Part shown: positions 58,804-64,000 of the stretch, in pieces
How positions within the stretch are numbered: position 1 is the stretch's first letter
Layout of the letters: each line of letters opens with the position of its first letter
Source: a virus
Direction: 5' to 3' (one strand)
Length of the DNA: 64,000 nucleotides
IMG/VR virus record: IMGVR_UViG_3300033273_000613
Location: 7,689-71,688 of that record
The notes under the pieces: generated by a model
What the model was told of the DNA's origin: nothing
The model's database searches: none
What the model saw: only the letters and a program-made list of their open reading frames with translations
Made by a program: the position numbers and the translations under genes

Positions 58804-60084
58804 TTAAAATAAATCGTTCATTGTGATAGACTTAGCCTTTTTACTATAATTGATACTTCTCTTGTTAAAGAAGTCTGTGTGTTTAGTAGTTAAGATTTCG
58901 TCATCAAACCACTCAGTGGTTTCTAGTAAAGTATCGTTAATAACAAATATATTATCAATACCTATGGAGTTTAAAGATAGATTAAATCTGTTTTTAATAA
59001 ACTCCATTGTTTGTTTTTTACTAAGGAAGTCCAGATCTCCTTTCTCAAAGATCCAGTTTATAATTTCTATTTCAGCCTCATACGCTTCTTTAGTAGCTAA
59101 AATTAAATCATCGATTAACTCTTCAGTCCACCATTCTGGATTTTCTTGTTTGATTAGGTTTACCAAATCAAATCCAAACTCAGCGTGTATGTTTTCTTCT
59201 TTAGATGTAGCTTCAACCGCATTACTTATACCTTTTAACATATTTTTATGTTTATTAAATGACATAATCACCAAGAATTGAGAAAATAATGAAACATTCT
59301 CAACGAACATTGAAAATAAGACCACTGATTCAAAATACTCTCTGTTTTCAACTGCCTTTGATGTTGTAATAGATTTTTCCAAGTATTTAATTCTTCTTCT
59401 GATTGCTGGTACTTGTAGTAAATTTTCAAATTCTTTATTCAATCCTAGTAATTGTATTAAATGTGAGTATGCATCAGCATGTCTAACTTCGGACTCCGCA
59501 AATGTAGCACCTACATTACCTATTTCTGGTTTAGGCATTCTCTTGTAGATATCACCCCAAAATGATTTGACTGCGACTTCAATTTGTGAAATTGCCAACA
59601 TAGCCCTTTCTAATGCGGTCTTTTCCTTTTCATTCAAATGCACTTTGAAATCTTGAATATCTGAAGTAAAGTTAAATTCTGTGTGTACCCAGTATGAGTG
59701 TCTGATAGCATCAACGTATTCGTTTAGGTTTGGGTACTCATAAGGTTTTAAATTAGTTCTTTTAGAGAAGATATTTCTTCTTCTTCTTTCCCTATAAAGT
59801 ATGTACTCCTTAGCAATATCATTCAAACCATTATCCATCAATTTATTCTCAACCATATCGTGAATGTCATCGACATGTGGAACTCTATCTTTATTCTTCC
59901 TAAACAAAGCTTTTGTGGATATTCTAGCTATTTTTGCAGCCATTTCTTCATCGGTGGCACTAATAGAATCCATTGCTTTAAGTATTGCTCTCTCTATCTT
60001 TTCTGATTGAAAGGGTACTCTATTACCAGTTCTTTTTATTACGTAACGTATGTCTTTGTTGATCATGTTTAATAAGTCTTCCAT
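58804..60084 (-). CDS. nrdB: Ribonucleotide reductase beta subunit with N-terminal ATP-cone (class Id-like)
   Basis: ATP-cone YVIKRTG...KIERAILKA...VENKLM...AKEYILYR; metal ligands QIEVAVK, ESEVRHADAY, VEN and EENIH; C-terminal DFF. Confidence 0.95.
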   Translation of the reverse strand: MEDLLNMINKDIRYVIKRTGNRVPFQSEKIERAILKAMDSISATDEEMAAKIARISTKALFRKNKDRVPHVDDIHDMVENKLMDNGLNDIAKEYILYRERRRRNIFSKRTNLKPYEYPNLNEYVDAIRHSYWVHTEFNFTSDIQDFKVHLNEKEKTALERAMLAISQIEVAVKSFWGDIYKRMPKPEIGNVGATFAESEVRHADAYSHLIQLLGLNKEFENLLQVPAIRRRIKYLEKSITTSKAVENREYFESVVLFSMFVENVSLFSQFLVIMSFNKHKNMLKGISNAVEATSKEENIHAEFGFDLVNLIKQENPEWWTEELIDDLILATKEAYEAEIEIINWIFEKGDLDFLSKKQTMEFIKNRFNLSLNSIGIDNIFVINDTLLETTEWFDDEILTTKHTDFFNKRSINYSKKAKSITMNDLF

Positions 60085-60098
60085 TTTGTTGTTATATT

Positions 60099-61481
60099 TT
60101 AGTTTTGTTGATTTTCTCTTTCTTTTCTTTTGGACATCAATTCCTTTAGTCGATCTCTTTTCCTTTCTTCTTTTTGCTCTTCCATTCCTAATAATGTTAC
60201 ACTCTGATCTGTATTGATTTCCAACATTTCATTATCAAATTTACAGTTTTCAAACACTATTCCGTCTTTACCTATTCTTGATTTTGTAATTGCGATGGTT
60301 GCTAAATTCATTTCTTTTTGTTGTAGTGTTTTGGCAACTGATATAATTACGTGACCTACTTGTGCTTTCTTAATCGACCCACCCATTTGATCAGTTGTTA
60401 CCACATCTGAAGAAATTGAACTTCTATTACCTTGTGTCGCAGTCCATCCAACAATGTTTAATTCGTGACACAAAGATTCAAATCCTCTCATAACAGATCC
60501 TTCACTCTTCCACTCATCACCTAAGACTTTATCAGGATTGATACAGTCAATATAATCCAGTACTACCAAATCAATTTTAAATCCTTCCGCAATCATTTTT
60601 CTTATTTGATTTTTAATCTGAGATATATTAAGACTATCTGATGGAAGTTTTTTAAGAATTAATTTATTTGTTACAGTTTCTTTTATTTCCCTTACTTTTC
60701 CCAAAACTTTGTCTTTATGTTCACTTAACTGATCTGGTGGTATTTGGGTCCACATAGTAAAATGTTTTCTTTGGATTATCTTGGGATTATCTTCAAAAAA
60801 TATTTGTAATACATTATAACCTAGGTTGAAAGCATTATTTGCAATTTTACTTAAGATTGTTGTTTTACCAACACCTGTCGGTGCTAGGATAACTCCTATT
60901 TCACCTTTAGCTAGTCCTCCTTTTAAAAGGTTATCAATACCAACAATTCCCATAGGTACAGGGTGTCTATAATCATCTTGTAATACCTCATCTAGGTTAA
61001 AGAACACATCTGATGTACCCATATCAGTTTCACCAACTTGTAAGGCTTCTCTGACCATCTCTTCAACCATATCATAGGATTCAAAATCTCCTTTATCAAT
61101 TATGGTTTGAGCTTTCTGCATTACTTTTTTTAATTCTTGTTGTTTACAGAATTTCAAAGCCTTCTCTTGTACAAAACTATCACCATCGTTAGACGTATCT
61201 TTAATGTTTTGTAAAGTATCGATTACTACCTTTCTAGCAATATCTGAAGTAATTTCAGACTTAGCAATTTGTTCAAGAGTATTATACGATGGGGTATGTT
61301 CATATTTGTGATAATATTCTTTGATCATTTGAATGATCAATTTAAAATACTGATTATCAAAATATTTTTGTTCAATTACATCAATTATACTATTTGCAAA
61401 TTCATTATCTAGTAAAATATTATTAATAAGTTGAATTTGAAACGTGTTTCCAAGATATCCGAAATTGATGTTTTTATTCAT
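60099..61481 (-). CDS. dnaB: DnaB-like (T4 gp41-type) replicative helicase
   Basis: Walker A APTGVGKT, Walker B VVLDYID, WTATQGNR and KSRIG. Confidence 0.9.
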   Translation of the reverse strand: MNKNINFGYLGNTFQIQLINNILLDNEFANSIIDVIEQKYFDNQYFKLIIQMIKEYYHKYEHTPSYNTLEQIAKSEITSDIARKVVIDTLQNIKDTSNDGDSFVQEKALKFCKQQELKKVMQKAQTIIDKGDFESYDMVEEMVREALQVGETDMGTSDVFFNLDEVLQDDYRHPVPMGIVGIDNLLKGGLAKGEIGVILAPTGVGKTTILSKIANNAFNLGYNVLQIFFEDNPKIIQRKHFTMWTQIPPDQLSEHKDKVLGKVREIKETVTNKLILKKLPSDSLNISQIKNQIRKMIAEGFKIDLVVLDYIDCINPDKVLGDEWKSEGSVMRGFESLCHELNIVGWTATQGNRSSISSDVVTTDQMGGSIKKAQVGHVIISVAKTLQQKEMNLATIAITKSRIGKDGIVFENCKFDNEMLEINTDQSVTLLGMEEQKEERKRDRLKELMSKRKERENQQN

Positions 61482-61519
61482 AAGATTTTAGTAATGTAGA
61501 CAAATAATAAATAGTCATA

Positions 61520-61969
61520 TCAAAGGTTATAATCCATGTATTCATAGCTTAAATTTTTCTCTGAAAAAATGTCAGTTAAATCTTTAAGTATATTTTTTAC
61601 TCTGGGTCTAATGTCAAGGGTATATCTTACCTTTGGGGGGTATAATTTGGCATTCCAACTTCTCTGACAAATTGTCTTATCACCGTTTTTTATTGATAGA
61701 TAAAAGTACTCGTCTTCATCAGTTTTAGAAGTTTCAATACTCTGAGGATCCATGATTATTTGTGACAAGTGGTTTGATAAATAATCGTGTGTACCGTCCT
61801 TCATTTTTTCTTGCAGGTTTTCACCTAAATCTTTAACATAATCATAAAGCTCTAAACTTTTATTAGATTCTTCATTATAACCTTTAACATTAAAAAATCT
61901 TTGTATAACAATATTTTCGTTTAAATTAATTACGAATTCAAGTTTTGTTAAATCATTTTTTTCTTTCAT
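61520..61969 (-). CDS. Hypothetical protein in the replication module
   Basis: 149-aa ORF between exonuclease and helicase; no motif recognised. Confidence 0.75.
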   Translation of the reverse strand: MKEKNDLTKLEFVINLNENIVIQRFFNVKGYNEESNKSLELYDYVKDLGENLQEKMKDGTHDYLSNHLSQIIMDPQSIETSKTDEDEYFYLSIKNGDKTICQRSWNAKLYPPKVRYTLDIRPRVKNILKDLTDIFSEKNLSYEYMDYNL

Positions 61970-61973
61970 AATT

Positions 61974-63002
61974 TTATTTTTTATTTTGATTAAATTTCTT
62001 TTTTTCTTTTCTAGTCAGTTTTAAAAAAGGAGTGATAAAACTAGTCCAACTATCATCTTTTGGTAGATATTTAAATAATCCATCTTCTTTCATCATCCTA
62101 ATTAGGTTTTTATAACCCCTATCTTCTGGATCGATGACATCACTATGTATTTCATTTAAAATTTCTTTTTCTTCTAGTTTCAAGTAATCCGTATTTAAAT
62201 CTACTAATTTTTTGTTTGTATCAAAAAAACTTAGTCCATAAACACCAGTTTTTGTTTTACCTAATAGTATATTTTCTAAAGTTTTATTTTTTGGGTTTTC
62301 TTTATATAATTTTTTTGTTTTTTCTATTATTTCTTCTATGGATATTTTAGTATTCAATATTTCTGGGAAAAAATTCGATATTTTTTTTTCACCTAAATTG
62401 TAAATACCAAATACATTATCTGATCTATCACCTCTAATTATTTTGTAAGTTACTACATTATAGTGAGGAATTTCTATTTTATCAATCTTGACTTTTTCAT
62501 TTTTAGTAATAAAAATCTTGTCTAAAGGTGAATAAATTTTTACATCATCATTTATCAATTGTGTCAAATCTTTATCAGATGAAAAAATTGTTTTTTCTTC
62601 ATCATTAGATATTTTACAATAATAAGAAATCATATCATCCGCTTCTAGTTCATCGACCTGTACTTGTCTCACAAAAACCTCTTCTAAATATTCTTTGACC
62701 CTATTAATTTGATATTCGTGCGAATCTTTTTTAGGGTCGTTAAATCTGTAATCAGATCTATCATTATCTTTATAATGTGACGATATGATTCTCCTTCTAG
62801 ACGAGTTATTCTCACCATCCCAAAACACAATAACTTTGTCATAGTGATATTCCTCTAGGAATTTTTTTAATGTATTTAAAAAATGAAATATCCCACCAAT
62901 GTGATTACCCTTAAAGTAAAAATCCCTTACACCGTGAAACCCTATTTTGAATAGGTTGTTTCCATCAATTAACAATGATTTCACTTCAATCTTTTTCTTC
63001 AA
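61974..63002 (-). CDS. 5'-3' exonuclease / flap endonuclease (T4 RNase H / Pol I N-terminal-like)
   Basis: LLIDGNN, VFWDG, EADDMI, SSDKDLTQL and GDRSDNVFGI. The true start may be the GTG at 62984. Confidence 0.9.
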   Translation of the reverse strand: MKKKIEVKSLLIDGNNLFKIGFHGVRDFYFKGNHIGGIFHFLNTLKKFLEEYHYDKVIVFWDGENNSSRRRIISSHYKDNDRSDYRFNDPKKDSHEYQINRVKEYLEEVFVRQVQVDELEADDMISYYCKISNDEEKTIFSSDKDLTQLINDDVKIYSPLDKIFITKNEKVKIDKIEIPHYNVVTYKIIRGDRSDNVFGIYNLGEKKISNFFPEILNTKISIEEIIEKTKKLYKENPKNKTLENILLGKTKTGVYGLSFFDTNKKLVDLNTDYLKLEEKEILNEIHSDVIDPEDRGYKNLIRMMKEDGLFKYLPKDDSWTSFITPFLKLTRKEKKKFNQNKK

Positions 63003-63984
63003 CTAAACTAAAATCACTACCAATACCTATAGTATTCTTCCAATATTCAGATTGTTCTGATTTATATTTTTCAATCGATTTTTTTTCCTCAGTACTATCT
63101 TTACCAGCCAAAAAACCATGTGGAGTAACCAAAATTCTACCATCTTCATACCCTAATCCATTTATATGATTTTTCATTACCGAAACTTTAGTTCTAGATG
63201 CAAACTTAACTTTTCTTTTATCTTTTACCGCAGTAATTTTAGTTGTACCAGCATTCTTTTGATTTCCGAAAAGAAATACCAAAGAGGAATTTAACCAGAT
63301 TGCTTCACCACCTTTCGCCTTTATTTTAGGTTGTCCAAATGGATTATCTGGTAATTCTACCCATGGTTGATTAACAATCACTAATGTATTCTCAAACTTA
63401 GAGTCAGATCTTCTAGATCCTGAAATTCTTTGGTTTATGCCCATTCCGATCTTGTCGGCTAAAACCGCAGCATTATGTTGTTTTCCACCCTTACCATCAT
63501 AGGTCATCTTACATGGAACTGAACCTACAGAATCCCACAAAAACAACATATCATATTCTATTTCACCTTTGTCTTGAGCATCTATCAACTGATTTATATA
63601 TTCAGTAATTTGTTCAATATATTCAAAGTTATTGTTGAAAAGAAAAAACCCGTCCCAATCAAGTTCACCTGTTTCTTCATCTACAACTTCTTCACATTCT
63701 AAACCCATTATCTTAGCATGATCAAAAGACCATTTCTGTTCAGTAATTATAAAAACTGGAAGAATATCCTTTTTTTGTGCATCAACAGCCGCTTTTACTA
63801 GTGCAGTTGTTTTACCAGTATCTGAGTGACCCAAAAACATATTCAAATGTCCAATTGCAGGTCCTGGAACTCCAACCGCATCCAAAAATTCAGATCCTAA
63901 ATCTAAAAATCTCTGTGCTTTAAACTTCGCAGAAGAAGAAAATTTTTTCTTCAACGACTTAAAATCTTTTTTCTTAATTGCCAT
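62986..63984 (-). CDS. uvsX: RecA/UvsX-like recombinase
   Basis: Walker A GHSDTGKT, Walker B FLWDSVG, IVNQ, KGGEAI and MKNH. Confidence 0.85.
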   Translation of the reverse strand: MAIKKKDFKSLKKKFSSSAKFKAQRFLDLGSEFLDAVGVPGPAIGHLNMFLGHSDTGKTTALVKAAVDAQKKDILPVFIITEQKWSFDHAKIMGLECEEVVDEETGELDWDGFFLFNNNFEYIEQITEYINQLIDAQDKGEIEYDMLFLWDSVGSVPCKMTYDGKGGKQHNAAVLADKIGMGINQRISGSRRSDSKFENTLVIVNQPWVELPDNPFGQPKIKAKGGEAIWLNSSLVFLFGNQKNAGTTKITAVKDKRKVKFASRTKVSVMKNHINGLGYEDGRILVTPHGFLAGKDSTEEKKSIEKYKSEQSEYWKNTIGIGSDFSLVEEKD

Positions 63985-64000
63985 TTTTAAATTAATTAAA

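Larger units (their letters stand above)
1..64000 (-). mobile_element. Segment of a large tailed bacteriophage genome (myovirus-like, probable Bacteroidota host)
   Basis: gp25-like and gp6/J-like baseplate genes lie next to phage-type recombinase, exonuclease, helicase and RNR genes. Coding is dense and single-stranded, with no cellular housekeeping operons. Confidence 0.9.

Noticed and set aside
58850-59281. 143-aa plus-strand ORF
   Set aside because: It is entirely antisense to nrdB and has no recognisable motif.
57080-63984. Inteins or introns in RNR, helicase or recombinase
   Set aside because: The proteins are normal or minimal in length with contiguous motifs.
1-64000. Stop-codon reassignment, since no accepted gene ends in TAG
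   Set aside because: The standard code already gives intact multi-kb ORFs with no in-frame TAG, so there is no positive evidence of recoding. TAG avoidance fits an AT-rich genome.

Overview
The window is a segment of a large, AT-rich tailed-phage genome, probably a myovirus, read with the standard code and with every credible gene on the minus strand. In transcription order it holds three modules. (1) Replication and nucleotide metabolism: RecA/UvsX, 5'-3' exonuclease, DnaB-like helicase, ATP-cone NrdB and a short NrdA, closed by an intrinsic terminator. (2) Baseplate/tail: gp25-like, gp6/J-like, a possible gp7/gpI-like protein and several conserved hypotheticals. (3) About 42 kb of giant putative virion proteins (3440, 1503, 1922, 2340 and >3159 aa; the last runs off the window and is missing from the ORF track). 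Four of the five giants are built from a repeated six-cysteine module and mucin-like Thr-Pro linkers, and the set carries SprB-like, vWA-like and metzincin protease domains. Embedded in that block are a GT60-type polypeptide GlcNAc transferase and a fused methyltransferase/HtrL-like/GT2-like enzyme. My main hypothesis is a phage-encoded mucin-type O-glycosylation system that coats disulfide-stabilised virion fibres. SprB repeats and the class Id-like RNR point to a Bacteroidota host (inference). All family calls come from reading motifs by eye; no database search was run.
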